From Flavobacteriales bacterium (GTDB lineage Bacteria > Bacteroidota > Bacteroidia > M30B66), in contig JBIPLZ010000421.1 in assembly GCA_044369395.1 (NCBI GenBank), forward strand, positions 24,847-88,846: a stretch of DNA of 64,000 bases. Direction: 5' to 3'. Both the position numbers and the translations under genes were made by a program. Below, in pieces: positions 46,578-55,853 of this stretch (the first letter of the stretch is position 1; each line of letters begins with the position of its first letter). The notes under the pieces were generated by a model, which made no database searches, was not told where the DNA came from, and saw only the letters and a program-made list of their open reading frames with translations.

Positions 46578-47237
46578 ATGCCTAATTATTGCGAGAATGA
46601 ATTAAGAATACGTGGTAATAAAAAAGATGCTTTGGATTTTGTGGAAAAAATTAAACTAAAAGATAGACCTTTTTGTTACTCAGCGTTGTTTCCTATCCCA
46701 AAACCTTTGCAAGAAGTTACCTCAGGAAGCGAAGAAATTTATTATGAAGTCGTATATGGTAAACCACCAGACTGGGTTTTAACTCAAATGAAAGAAGCAG
46801 GGTTTGAAAATCCAGATAAAGAAACAATTATAACTTGGTATGCAAAAAGAAGCTTGTCAGCAAGCGATGCCGTAGAAAAAGTAAAAGCTATTGCAAATAA
46901 GTATAAACAAAACAAAGAAACCTACGGACATTTAAGTTGGTATGGTTGGTGCATATCTAACTGGGGAACTAAATGGGGTGCTTGTGATAGCGAACTGTTG
47001 TGCTCAGAAGAAATAAAACTTAAAGGTAAAGAATCTTGGGAAGTAGAATATAGATTTAATACTGCATGGAGTCCACCTAAAGAAGCTTTGTTGCATATCA
47101 GTGAGATGTTTCCAAACCTAAGTTTTGTTTTGAAATACTGGGAAGGTGGTTGCTGCTTTAAAGGAGTCTTCAAATTTGAGAACGGTGAAGTCTTTAAAGA
47201 TATAACTAAAGAATATACCGGCCACCGTGGTGGTTAA
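46578..47237 (+). CDS. hypothetical protein, paralog of 44626..45180
   Basis: MPNYCENELRIRG, SNWGTKWG, FNTAWSPPKEALLHIS, YWEGGCCFKGVF. RBS ACAGGAG. Confidence 0.45.
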   Translation: MPNYCENELRIRGNKKDALDFVEKIKLKDRPFCYSALFPIPKPLQEVTSGSEEIYYEVVYGKPPDWVLTQMKEAGFENPDKETIITWYAKRSLSASDAVEKVKAIANKYKQNKETYGHLSWYGWCISNWGTKWGACDSELLCSEEIKLKGKESWEVEYRFNTAWSPPKEALLHISEMFPNLSFVLKYWEGGCCFKGVFKFENGEVFKDITKEYTGHRGG

Positions 47238-47260
47238 ACAACTTATATTAAAGGAAACCT

Positions 47261-47548
47261 ATGAGCCCCTACCTAGATTTAATAGATAAGATTTTTCTAA
47301 ACCTAGGGCCTAATTCAATACAGCATAAAGAAATGCAGGCTAACGCTTTAGAAACAGTAATACTATTAGTAAAAGTTATGAAAGAACCTTACTTAGAAAT
47401 ATGTGATATCTTAAAAGAAAACATTTTAGATCATCTAGCTTCTGTGACTGGTATTGAAAAAAAAGAGTTAAAAACCCGTTTGGAATATTGTGTTGAAGAA
47501 TCTATAGAAGACATTGCAGATCAATCTATAAGACACATGTACGATTAG
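47261..47548 (+). CDS. hypothetical protein
   Basis: 95-aa ORF. Confidence 0.35.
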   Translation: MSPYLDLIDKIFLNLGPNSIQHKEMQANALETVILLVKVMKEPYLEICDILKENILDHLASVTGIEKKELKTRLEYCVEESIEDIADQSIRHMYD

Positions 47549-47571
47549 GATTGTATACTATACGCATCTTG

Positions 47572-47630
47572 TTTAACCTTAACTAAGGACTTGTCTTAGT
47601 TCACGCAAACGCTTTAACCTTAACTAAGGA
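47572..47630 (+). repeat. 18-bp direct repeat TTTAACCTTAACTAAGGA x2, the second copy overlapping the RBS of 47639
   Basis: Exact copies at 47572-47589 and 47613-47630. Confidence 0.5.
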
Positions 47631-47638
47631 GAATCCTA

Positions 47639-47911
47639 ATGACATCTACAACCCCTGCACCTACTAAAACCAAAACAAAAAATAAACCAGAAGATGTTCT
47701 TCAAGCTCTTATGGATTTACCAAAGGTTAAAGAAGACCTTTTTGGAAACCTTCCGCTTATGAAAGAAAGTGTTGTCAATGTTTTTGATGACAAGTGGAGA
47801 ATTAATCTTTGGGTTAGCATTCATAATCCAGTAGTTCCAAACGCGGGTCGTATCTTAAAAAGTTATTTTGTTAAATTTGGTAATGGCAGGTTGGAAATTT
47901 TGGAGGATTGA
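47639..47911 (+). CDS. hypothetical protein
   Basis: 90-aa ORF preceded by a duplicated 18-bp element containing the RBS. Confidence 0.4.
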   Translation: MTSTTPAPTKTKTKNKPEDVLQALMDLPKVKEDLFGNLPLMKESVVNVFDDKWRINLWVSIHNPVVPNAGRILKSYFVKFGNGRLEILED

Positions 47912-47913
47912 GT

Positions 47914-48057
47914 ATGAAGATGTTGGCTATTTTGTTGATCGGTTGTGCAGGGTGTACAAAAACATTGGAGTCAAATGCCAACACTGATGTATATCCTCAT
48001 GACCCTAACGTAATTCAAAAGGTTAACCTTGGTATGTCCTTTAAAACGCAATGGTAA
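47914..48057 (+). CDS. small lipoprotein (47 aa)
   Basis: MKMLAILLIGCAGCTK has an LIGC lipobox. RBS GGAGG. Not in the ORF track because it is short. Confidence 0.4.
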   Translation: MKMLAILLIGCAGCTKTLESNANTDVYPHDPNVIQKVNLGMSFKTQW

Positions 48058-48079
48058 ACCCTCAACCACTGGAGATTTT

Positions 48080-48187
48080 ATGTACACATTTATAGCCGGA
48101 GTATTGTTTGGAATATCGTTAGTGATTTACATGGCTAAAGAAAATGCAAAGCATAGTTTTGAACAGAGCTTTGGTCGAAGAAAATAA
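48080..48187 (+). CDS. small single-TM protein (35 aa)
   Basis: MYTFIAGVLFGISLVIYMAKEN... after GGAG. Confidence 0.3.
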   Translation: MYTFIAGVLFGISLVIYMAKENAKHSFEQSFGRRK

Positions 48188-48285
48188 AGGAAGCATAAGG
48201 CCAGCACTAAGAAGCAGGCAGTTCTTTTTCGATGTGGACTGTCTCTTGAGATCCGGTGCTGGTTTTATTACAAGGGAGGAAACCC

Positions 48286-48750
48286 ATGCCACACGTATCG
48301 TTAAGATTAATGCGACAAGATGATATTCCCGCAGTATCTGATATAGGAGCTAGATGTTATAACTCATCCTACTACGAGAGCGACGAATCATTTTTATCTA
48401 AGTGGTGTGGGTATCCTAAAGGTTGTTATGTTGTAGCGGTCAGGGGAAAAGTAATTGCTTATGCGATTACATTCCCCTATTTCAAAGAAGAAGTATTCCC
48501 TTTAAATAGTATGTACACTCCTTTCTTTGCACCTACAGGACATTACTTCCACGACATCAGCGTTTGCCCTGGCTATCGTAAACAAGGATATGCAGGGATG
48601 CTAATAAACAAAGTATGGAATAGCTCTCCTCTTCCCAAGTCCTTGGTAGCTGTAAACAACAGTCAAGAGTTCTGGGAAAGGTATGGGTTTGTGCTAACCC
48701 GCTATGTCAAGTACGGTAAAAGTAAAGCCTCTTACATGCAGTGTTTGTAA
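48286..48750 (+). CDS. GNAT family N-acetyltransferase
   Basis: RKQGYAGMLI (acetyl-CoA binding motif A) and FWERYGF. Confidence 0.55.
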   Translation: MPHVSLRLMRQDDIPAVSDIGARCYNSSYYESDESFLSKWCGYPKGCYVVAVRGKVIAYAITFPYFKEEVFPLNSMYTPFFAPTGHYFHDISVCPGYRKQGYAGMLINKVWNSSPLPKSLVAVNNSQEFWERYGFVLTRYVKYGKSKASYMQCL

Positions 48751-48806
48751 GAAAAACGTATACATATTTCTGACAAAAAAAACTTCTTAAGAAAGGAGGC
48801 ACGGAG

Positions 48807-49871
48807 ATGCCCTATTCAGAACTTCCAACTTCTTATACTCTTTACAAGCTATGGATAGAAGAAAAGAAAAAAGAAGGTAAAGCTAATCATTTAAAAAAGT
48901 TACAAGCCTGTTGTTCCAACCCTATTGATTTTTATACATTTTTTATTAAAGAGTTTACAGGTATGGACTCTATTATGGCTTCTCGTTGTTATGCAGAAAA
49001 AGCATGGTATAAAGTTGGATGTCCATACTATAACATTCATCCAAATTTTATATCCAAGTTATGCAACTGCAACCTATCAAAAATACCAGCTTCCCTTTTT
49101 AAAATGCCACACGAGTTAGAATCTATTCATGTAAGATTTAAAGATTTTCATTCTGAATTCGCATACAGTAGTTCAAAAACAAATAATCTTCGATGGGCAA
49201 CTTCTATATTGGTTTATGAAATACCTGAAAATGAATATAGTAAACGAACAATATCTATTAGTTTAGATATGTTAATGAATCAAAACGACATAGGTAAAAG
49301 TTTAAATATTTATGAACTAAGAACACAAAAAAAAGACGATAGATCTTTATGCATATTTAATATTGTACTTGAAAAAAATCAAAGTTTACAAGACGCTATC
49401 AAAATAGCTATTAGTAAACAGTGTGATAAAAAAGGAATGTCGCTGCCAAGTGATTCTAAGTATGAGATATTAATTAAAAACGTATTAAGCCTTTGCAGCA
49501 CTATTGGATTTCTTTCTGACAATCCTACTATTTGTGAGCCAGATATTCTTGCTGCGGATAGACACCTAATTGAAAAGTCTAACCCTCAAGAACTAGAAGC
49601 TCTGCACCAGAAAGCAAAGAACAAAAGAAAATACGGTTGGAACATTGGTACTGATCGTATGTTTGTAGGACCGCAACCTTTTCAGTTAGCAAACAAATCC
49701 CAAGCTGCTGAAGGAAAAGAACGGGAGTATGCACACATTAGAGCAGGGCATCCTCACGCTGTTCGGTATGGCAAAGGCAAAGAGCTAGTAAAGATTATGT
49801 GGTTTGTACCACTTACTGTAAGACCAGACCTTCCTTTTAAGATAGAACAACAGACCCAAACCACTTTGTAA
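48807..49871 (+). CDS. hypothetical protein (354 aa, AT-rich)
   Basis: Long ORF with RBS AAGGAGG and low GC. No recognisable motif. Confidence 0.45.
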   Translation: MPYSELPTSYTLYKLWIEEKKKEGKANHLKKLQACCSNPIDFYTFFIKEFTGMDSIMASRCYAEKAWYKVGCPYYNIHPNFISKLCNCNLSKIPASLFKMPHELESIHVRFKDFHSEFAYSSSKTNNLRWATSILVYEIPENEYSKRTISISLDMLMNQNDIGKSLNIYELRTQKKDDRSLCIFNIVLEKNQSLQDAIKIAISKQCDKKGMSLPSDSKYEILIKNVLSLCSTIGFLSDNPTICEPDILAADRHLIEKSNPQELEALHQKAKNKRKYGWNIGTDRMFVGPQPFQLANKSQAAEGKEREYAHIRAGHPHAVRYGKGKELVKIMWFVPLTVRPDLPFKIEQQTQTTL

Positions 49872-49883
49872 CAGGAGATAAAG

Positions 49884-50048
49884 ATGAATGAAAATGATGC
49901 TTTTGAAAAATATAAAAAACTTTTTGATGACCCTTCTATAGCTGCTGGATATGAAGCAATATTTAAAGAAGGTTATAAAGCAGGGGTGCGAGATACTTTG
50001 TCTTATCAAGACTTTATAAAAAACATAAAGGTTAAAAATGATAATTAA
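49884..50048 (+). CDS. small hypothetical protein (54 aa)
   Basis: ATG after ACAGGAGATAAAG. Verified to end at TAA 50046-50048. Confidence 0.35.
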   Translation: MNENDAFEKYKKLFDDPSIAAGYEAIFKEGYKAGVRDTLSYQDFIKNIKVKNDN

Positions 50049-50415
50049 AACCTGCGACCTTATAGGTATAGAGCTAGACTTTGTAGTAGCCCAACTTGAA
50101 GCAGTTGATGTAGATGAAGATTGCTATACCTTTGATTGTAACTACAACCCACATAGTAGGTACAGTCCTTCAACAAACTGGGAAGAAGCAGGGGGTATTA
50201 TTGAACGAGAGAACATTGCACTCACTGGTATCTCCTTCCCTTGGTTTGCTACGGAACTAGGCTGGTGGGGACACATCAAAGACGTACGTAACGTTGGAGC
50301 TACTCCTCTTGTTGCAGCAATGCGATGCTATGTGCAAAGCAAATGGGGAAAAGAAGTAAACATGAAAACGGTTTATGAAGCACTTCAAATTGAAAAGGAT
50401 TGGAACAATGTTTAA
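50038..50415 (+). CDS. hypothetical protein
   Basis: 125-aa ORF. Confidence 0.4.
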   Translation: MIIKTCDLIGIELDFVVAQLEAVDVDEDCYTFDCNYNPHSRYSPSTNWEEAGGIIERENIALTGISFPWFATELGWWGHIKDVRNVGATPLVAAMRCYVQSKWGKEVNMKTVYEALQIEKDWNNV

Positions 50416-50583
50416 CAATCCTAATTTAAAACTATCATCCCGAAATCTGTTTCGTGATCATAGAGCAAAGCCAATGTTTATAGGGGTTTGCCATGCGGTT
50501 TTTTGCTATGCTTGCATTGGCTTTTGAATATGGTAGTCTAGTTGAGTCTTGTAGTTACAAACTCTTAAGGGGTATTTAAAAAG

Positions 50584-50880
50584 ATGACTGAGTTTACACC
50601 AGAAGAAAAGATTAATTTTTTAATGGCAATAGATATTATAAATATTCAAGACAGTATAAAAAATACTAATTACGAATTTGTTTGTTCTGTACTTAGCGGA
50701 AAGAATCCTAATTATACACCGTATTCAAGAATGTCAACTGAAGCTTTAAATGAAAGGTTTGATATCATTTATAACAACAGAAATCATTTTAAAAATACTG
50801 TTAAGATTCATAAGCTAACCAGAGATTTAAATTTACTTTGTAAGCCTAAAGGGGATGTAAGCAATGAAACCAAAGCCTAA
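50584..50880 (+). CDS. hypothetical protein (AT-rich)
   Basis: 98-aa ORF overlapping the RHH gene by 17 nt. Confidence 0.35.
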   Translation: MTEFTPEEKINFLMAIDIINIQDSIKNTNYEFVCSVLSGKNPNYTPYSRMSTEALNERFDIIYNNRNHFKNTVKIHKLTRDLNLLCKPKGDVSNETKA

Positions 50881-51103
50881 AAGTAAGACTCCAAAAGAGC
50901 CAATTAGATTAACAAAAGATGACAACCTTTTAATTGGTGTCATACTACATAACAACAAACAAGCAACTAGAACCGAAGCTGTTAGGATGGGTTTAATTTT
51001 AGCTGCCCAACAATACGGAAATGTTAATTGCCTTATTATGCCTGCAATTAAAAAAAAGATTAGAAAAGAAAAACTTGAAGAATCTAAAAAAAATAAAAAG
51101 TAA
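50864..51103 (+). CDS. ribbon-helix-helix (CopG/Arc-like) DNA-binding protein
   Basis: PIRLTKDDNLLIGVILHNNKQATRTEAVRMGLILA follows the beta-strand plus two-helix RHH pattern. Lys-rich tails. Confidence 0.4.
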   Translation: MKPKPKSKTPKEPIRLTKDDNLLIGVILHNNKQATRTEAVRMGLILAAQQYGNVNCLIMPAIKKKIRKEKLEESKKNKK

Positions 51104-51195
51104 TAATATTTTTTTTTATTAATAATTGATTCCTATTTAAGATGAAGTATAGTCATATTGCTGCTTGAAGATTGGCGTCCTCCGGCAGTAATAAA

Positions 51196-51240
51196 CCTCA
51201 GGGGGGCAACCTTGAGGTTTATTTATTTAGATACAATATT
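51196..51240 (+). terminator. rho-independent terminator ending the plus-strand block
   Basis: AAACCTCA-GGGGGGCAACC-TTGAGGTTT followed by ATTTATTT. Confidence 0.55.
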
Positions 51241-51254
51241 AAAAGGATATACTA

Positions 51255-51533
51255 GTGGGACATTTTATTTTTGTTGTACTTCATATTTTGGCTTTCTTGT
51301 GCGGGTTCTTTGGCTTGTTTATTACTATACCACTTCATCTTATATACGCAGTTATGCTTACTCAAGCTAACAACTCGAGAACAAATGTTGTTAAAAAATC
51401 AGAACCGCAAAATATGGGTAGGTTGATAGGATTGTGTATCCGTGTATTAATGATTTTCATTGTTGGAATTGTAGTGTTTGTTTTGTTCTTAGGACTTTAT
51501 TACAGAATAAATGGTCGTGCTCCTTGGCATTAA
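51255..51533 (+). CDS. small membrane protein (GTG start)
   Basis: Three hydrophobic helices. Follows the plus-strand terminator. Confidence 0.3.
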   Translation: MGHFIFVVLHILAFLCGFFGLFITIPLHLIYAVMLTQANNSRTNVVKKSEPQNMGRLIGLCIRVLMIFIVGIVVFVLFLGLYYRINGRAPWH

Positions 51534-51584
51534 GATTTGTATTAAAGTAACCAAAGCTTATTTTTACAAGGGTTTGCTACACGA

Positions 51585-51836
51585 TTACTTTGGTATACGG
51601 CTTTGCATTAAAGTAAGAACCAAGAAGGTTGCGGTAGCTGCACCCGTTGCGTAGGCTATCACTTCAAAGATATCATCTTGCTTACTGTAATACTTGAATA
51701 GGAATACAGATAACACGGCAATAATAAAGCCACACAGGGAAGCGTATACTATCTTGTTATTAAAGATAAAATGCTTTTCCATAGTAAGGAACATTGTCCA
51801 TAGCGCACCACATAAGAAGCATAGTATGTATCTCAT
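51585..51836 (-). CDS. holin-like small membrane protein
   Basis: 83 aa with 3 predicted TM helices. It is the last gene of the minus-strand block. Confidence 0.3.
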   Translation of the reverse strand: MRYILCFLCGALWTMFLTMEKHFIFNNKIVYASLCGFIIAVLSVFLFKYYSKQDDIFEVIAYATGAATATFLVLTLMQSRIPK

Positions 51837-51980
51837 AGCTAATACCCTAGCTCTCTTAAAATGTGAATAAGGTTTGTTACGCTCCTAAGAAAGCCATGAA
51901 CCTCTATTCCAAAGGTCATGAGTTTAATAAGCCCCTGCAATAGTTCGCTCATAGTGTAGCCAGCCTATAACATGGGAAGG

Positions 51981-52175
51981 TTACAAAGCTATACCTCTCT
52001 CTGGTGGAGATGTAGGATCTCCGGTACGAGGATCAAAAGGCCAATCTTCAATGTCAGGACAGATACATTCCCTTGCATGTTCGTCATGGATAGAACAGTA
52101 CCATTCTTCGCAAGACTCACAAATAAACCACACAGGCTCCCCACGATGGGGAGTCTTTTTTTTTTGATCTTTCAT
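51981..52175 (-). CDS. small Cys-rich zinc-ribbon protein
   Basis: CESCEEWYCSIHDEHARECICPD. Its ATG overlaps the PhoH stop (ATGA). Confidence 0.4.
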   Translation of the reverse strand: MKDQKKKTPHRGEPVWFICESCEEWYCSIHDEHARECICPDIEDWPFDPRTGDPTSPPERGIAL

Positions 52176-52831
52176 AACCGTTTAAGAACTTCTCTCACCA
52201 AGGGGTGACGAAGAGACTCTTCCTCCGTGAATGTATGTGTGCAAGCCGTTGCTAAAGAAGACAAGCGTTTCATTACGCTAAGTATGTCACAAGATGTTTT
52301 GTCAGGGTTGTGTGGTTTTACATCAGTTTGATCAGGGTCACATGAGATAAGGACTTTGCTGTTGTTGCCTACACGGGTAAGAAACATTTTGAGTTGAGCG
52401 TAAGTTGCGTTTTGAGCTTCGTCTAAAAAGAGTACGCAGTCTTCAAAAGTGTCGCCACGCATGTAGGCTAAGGGCTGAAAGAGCACGGCTTCTTCCGGCA
52501 ATTTGTAGGTTAATCTTTTTATTAACCGACGTATTGGATCAAAGTACGGGCTGATTTTTTCGTCTACAGTACCAGGCAAAAAGCCTAGAGTGTCACCAAC
52601 CTCTACGATAGGTCGAACTACTAAGATTTGTTTTTTGTTTCCAGATAAAAGTTCTTGGATAGCACAAGCTAAGGCACAGTGCGTCTTGCCACAACCAGCA
52701 GGGCCAGTCAGAAAGATGAGGTCGTGAGTTGGGTAGTCTTTGGCTACTTTAATTTGGGTTGGGTTGGCGGGTTTGAAATGAAATACCGTTTCGTTGAGGG
52801 ATGCAGAGGTATTAGGTTTCTTTTTTGCCAT
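52172..52831 (-). CDS. phoH: PhoH-like ATPase
   Basis: Walker A GPAGCGKTH, LFLDEAQN, and the characteristic GxxxxVVRP / DxxQxD PhoH core. Confidence 0.8.
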   Translation of the reverse strand: MAKKKPNTSASLNETVFHFKPANPTQIKVAKDYPTHDLIFLTGPAGCGKTHCALACAIQELLSGNKKQILVVRPIVEVGDTLGFLPGTVDEKISPYFDPIRRLIKRLTYKLPEEAVLFQPLAYMRGDTFEDCVLFLDEAQNATYAQLKMFLTRVGNNSKVLISCDPDQTDVKPHNPDKTSCDILSVMKRLSSLATACTHTFTEEESLRHPLVREVLKRL

Positions 52832-52845
52832 GATGCTTTCCTTTA

Positions 52846-54387
52846 TTAAAAGTATTCGCCTTCAAGAAAGAGTTTCTTTTTGGGTCTAACACGGAGAGCT
52901 TCTAAGCAGGCCATCCCTAAAGAGATAGCACGGTCATCATGTCGATTAGGTAGATGATCAATCCTAAAACCATAAGACATTACTTTGGTAATGAGTTCGC
53001 AAAACTCATCAACTAAAGTGTGCTTTCCACCGCCTTGTATAAAGATTGTTCCGCAATCGGGATACCAGAAAAGCTTTTTATTAACGACTAAAGATCTTAC
53101 TGTTTGAGCCATCTCATAGTTAGACTTGCCACCGCGAGCTTCAAACTTATGAACAGGAAGCGTTCCTGTAAACTTCTGAAACGTGGATTCCATTTGGTAA
53201 GGGTCAATTACTAAAGAGGTAAGTTCATACTTAGATCGAATGTCATCTATCCAGCGTTCAACGGCTTCAATCTTAACAGGGTTTTCTCGAGAACCCTGCA
53301 TAACGTCCATGCGATCTACATGAAGGGTGTCATCTTCATTGCGGTGTATAAGGGTGCATACAGTTCGATCACGTACTGGACCGTAGTCAATTGAGGCAAT
53401 ATAGGAGACTCCGCTTTGTCCAATAACGTGGGGTGTATAGTCATTAGATACACACTCATCAACTTCTTTACGTGTAAGAAAGTTGCAACCATCAGACGGA
53501 TCAACCCACTCATTATCAAATAAACGGCGAGCTAACTGAGGCGGTACGGTTCGACGAAGGTCATCCATAGCTGCGGAGTCCATCCATGAAGCTAGCTTGC
53601 CCGGTGCTTCGTAAACAAACCAGCGGGGGGAAGACTTAAAAGTTTCAAGCGTGTCATGTTGCCATGTGTACTTAAGGCCTGCGTTGGTGATAACTATAAG
53701 GACTGAGCCTGGTCGTTTCTCTCTACCGGAAAGAAGAGCGTTCCATAGGTCTGGTTTATGCCAATGGGTTAGCTCATCCACAATGAGAAGGTCACCACGA
53801 ATACCGTGAGAAGAAGCAGCGTCTGCTGCAAGGATCTCAATAGAGGAGCCGTTAATGCCGTGGATCTTCCAATTGCGAAAGTCCAGTCGTTTAGCAAGCC
53901 AAGGATTAAGGCGGGATTCATCTTGCATGGCTTTAGCTAATAAGCCTGCTTGCTCTTTGTCGGCTGCTGCAACGTATCCGGTAAAGGAGCGGGTGTTAAA
54001 GGCTAAGGCCCAGTTGATAAGCCTTGCTATGAGAGAAGATTTGTCGTGACCTTTGGGAAGAGTAAGCCAAAAGTTTCGGTGGGCTGCATAGTCTGGTCGT
54101 ATGTTCGCTACGTGCTCTATTGCAGGGAGGATCTTGTTAACAAGAGCCCATTGCCATGGTTCTGCAATTTCTCGAAACAAAGTAGGATCTGGACGTGAGT
54201 CAATGATGACGTGATTGAGATAACGAAAACAAGAAGTTGAAGAAGCTGACTCTGCTAAGAGGTATGCTTGTTGCAATCCTCTACGCAGCTCAAATGTCGT
54301 CTTCGAGTTTTGTATTGCTCGTATGTCGTTTGATGAGTTCTTTTGCATCTTTGTCGGGGAGTTGATAGGAAAGGATTTCTGTTTCAT
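52846..54387 (-). CDS. terL: terminase large subunit
   Basis: P-loop-like LPKGHDKSS, Walker B LLIVDE, and a C-terminal RNaseH-like nuclease segment (ASIDYG...DHLPNRHDDRAISLGMA). Confidence 0.75.
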   Translation of the reverse strand: MKQKSFPINSPTKMQKNSSNDIRAIQNSKTTFELRRGLQQAYLLAESASSTSCFRYLNHVIIDSRPDPTLFREIAEPWQWALVNKILPAIEHVANIRPDYAAHRNFWLTLPKGHDKSSLIARLINWALAFNTRSFTGYVAAADKEQAGLLAKAMQDESRLNPWLAKRLDFRNWKIHGINGSSIEILAADAASSHGIRGDLLIVDELTHWHKPDLWNALLSGREKRPGSVLIVITNAGLKYTWQHDTLETFKSSPRWFVYEAPGKLASWMDSAAMDDLRRTVPPQLARRLFDNEWVDPSDGCNFLTRKEVDECVSNDYTPHVIGQSGVSYIASIDYGPVRDRTVCTLIHRNEDDTLHVDRMDVMQGSRENPVKIEAVERWIDDIRSKYELTSLVIDPYQMESTFQKFTGTLPVHKFEARGGKSNYEMAQTVRSLVVNKKLFWYPDCGTIFIQGGGKHTLVDEFCELITKVMSYGFRIDHLPNRHDDRAISLGMACLEALRVRPKKKLFLEGEYF

Positions 54388-54832
54388 TGTAAAGTGGTAA
54401 TCCTAATCGGGTGTACTCCGCAACAAGCTCGTTGTGGTTGAGGGTTTGTACCGAAGCGTCTAGAGTTACTTCACGCTTTTCGGGAGCGTCAAGGCCCATA
54501 AGCTTTGCACGTCGCTCAGAAACTTTTAAAGCGGTTTCAATTGCACGGGGATTACCTAATTGACATTTAGGCCAAAGGGCGCGGAGAAATTCATCAAGTC
54601 GTTGTAGCTCTAACTCACGGAGTTCTGTAGACATCTCCTGAGTCATGTCACGCCAAGTTGTAAGTTGCTCCACGATTTGATTGTGGATTGTAGGAGTGCT
54701 TACTCCTAAGTGATCTGCTATCTGCCACACCGACCAGCCTGCAACACGAAGCTGCATTATCTGCATGGTTTGTTGGGCATCAATAATCGCATTTGGGTAA
54801 GGATGCGTTTCCGTTATCTGTTTCTTAGACAC
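54290..54832 (-). CDS. terS: terminase small subunit (HTH)
   Basis: N-terminal HTH (VAGWSVWQIADHLGVSTPTIHNQI). Sits immediately upstream of TerL and overlaps it. Confidence 0.55.
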   Translation of the reverse strand: MSKKQITETHPYPNAIIDAQQTMQIMQLRVAGWSVWQIADHLGVSTPTIHNQIVEQLTTWRDMTQEMSTELRELELQRLDEFLRALWPKCQLGNPRAIETALKVSERRAKLMGLDAPEKREVTLDASVQTLNHNELVAEYTRLGLPLYNETEILSYQLPDKDAKELIKRHTSNTKLEDDI

Positions 54833-54907
54833 AAATAATCTCCCTCTTCAGTACCTATAAGGTACGAACTGGTGATTTATCTAGGATAATCGGAGTACAA
54901 AGATATG

Positions 54908-55399
54908 TCAAGTCGTGTATTCAAACAAGTATCCATTTTCTGTTGGACACTCGTATATATTTTTTAAAATCTTAACGCACTTAAAAGCGTTTTCTTTTAA
55001 AAACAAATGGGCAACTAAATCGGATTCTCTAACTACAGAAGTTATTTTGCAGGGATCGTATTGAGTCTTTGAAAAGTCTTTAGCCCATTTAAGCATAGCT
55101 GAACCGTTACCACGTCTACGCATTTTTGGGTGTACAGTCATAGACCAGATAACAACTTCTTTTTTCTTTTCGTTTATCTCTAAAGCGATATAACATATAG
55201 GGGATTTGTCATACTCGAGAAGGACTATCTTAAGTTCATTCTTTTTAAATAGGTTTTCAAAATCTTCATATGTCCAAAGGTCTTCAGAGCCAGAAGCCAT
55301 TTCAAGAAGAAGAAGTTTGTCGATGTCCGCTACCTTTGCTATTACAGCCACGGCAATCTTATCCGAAATCTCAGGTGATAGGTTGTCAGGGGGTAACAT
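54908..55399 (-). CDS. GNAT family N-acetyltransferase
   Basis: VHPKMRRRGNGSAMLKWA (motif A). Confidence 0.5.
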   Translation of the reverse strand: MLPPDNLSPEISDKIAVAVIAKVADIDKLLLLEMASGSEDLWTYEDFENLFKKNELKIVLLEYDKSPICYIALEINEKKKEVVIWSMTVHPKMRRRGNGSAMLKWAKDFSKTQYDPCKITSVVRESDLVAHLFLKENAFKCVKILKNIYECPTENGYLFEYTT

Positions 55400-55484
55400 T
55401 GGACCTACTCCTTTTTAACGGGGGGAGTCAGGTCAGGCCTGACGGTATATCAAAAAGATATTAGCCGTCTGTAATATACTAAAT

Positions 55485-55844
55485 TTATCGAAGCGTTAAT
55501 AGATAACTTAAATGATTAAGTTCTGAAAGCATCTCATCTCTTATTGTTAGTAAGTCGGTGTCTTGTGTTTTATCTATGTCTTGAACAAGATCAATCATAA
55601 GGTAAGACTTAAACCACAAGATTTGCTCAGGGCAACTATTAACGTTTCCGTAAGATGGGCATTGTTCAAAATCTGGTAAAGCTAACCTTGGATTTTTTCC
55701 TTGGTACACTTCTATGTATTTATCTATTAACTTTTTAAAAGATTTGTAAGCGTTATCAAAAGCTACATGTTGTGCATAGCTTTGAGTTTCCCAATGCCAA
55801 ATTAATAATTGAGTTATCCAATGTAAAAAGCAATCACTTTTCAT
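55485..55844 (-). CDS. hypothetical protein
   Basis: 119-aa ORF. Confidence 0.35.
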   Translation of the reverse strand: MKSDCFLHWITQLLIWHWETQSYAQHVAFDNAYKSFKKLIDKYIEVYQGKNPRLALPDFEQCPSYGNVNSCPEQILWFKSYLMIDLVQDIDKTQDTDLLTIRDEMLSELNHLSYLLTLR

Positions 55845-55853
55845 AAAGGCTCC

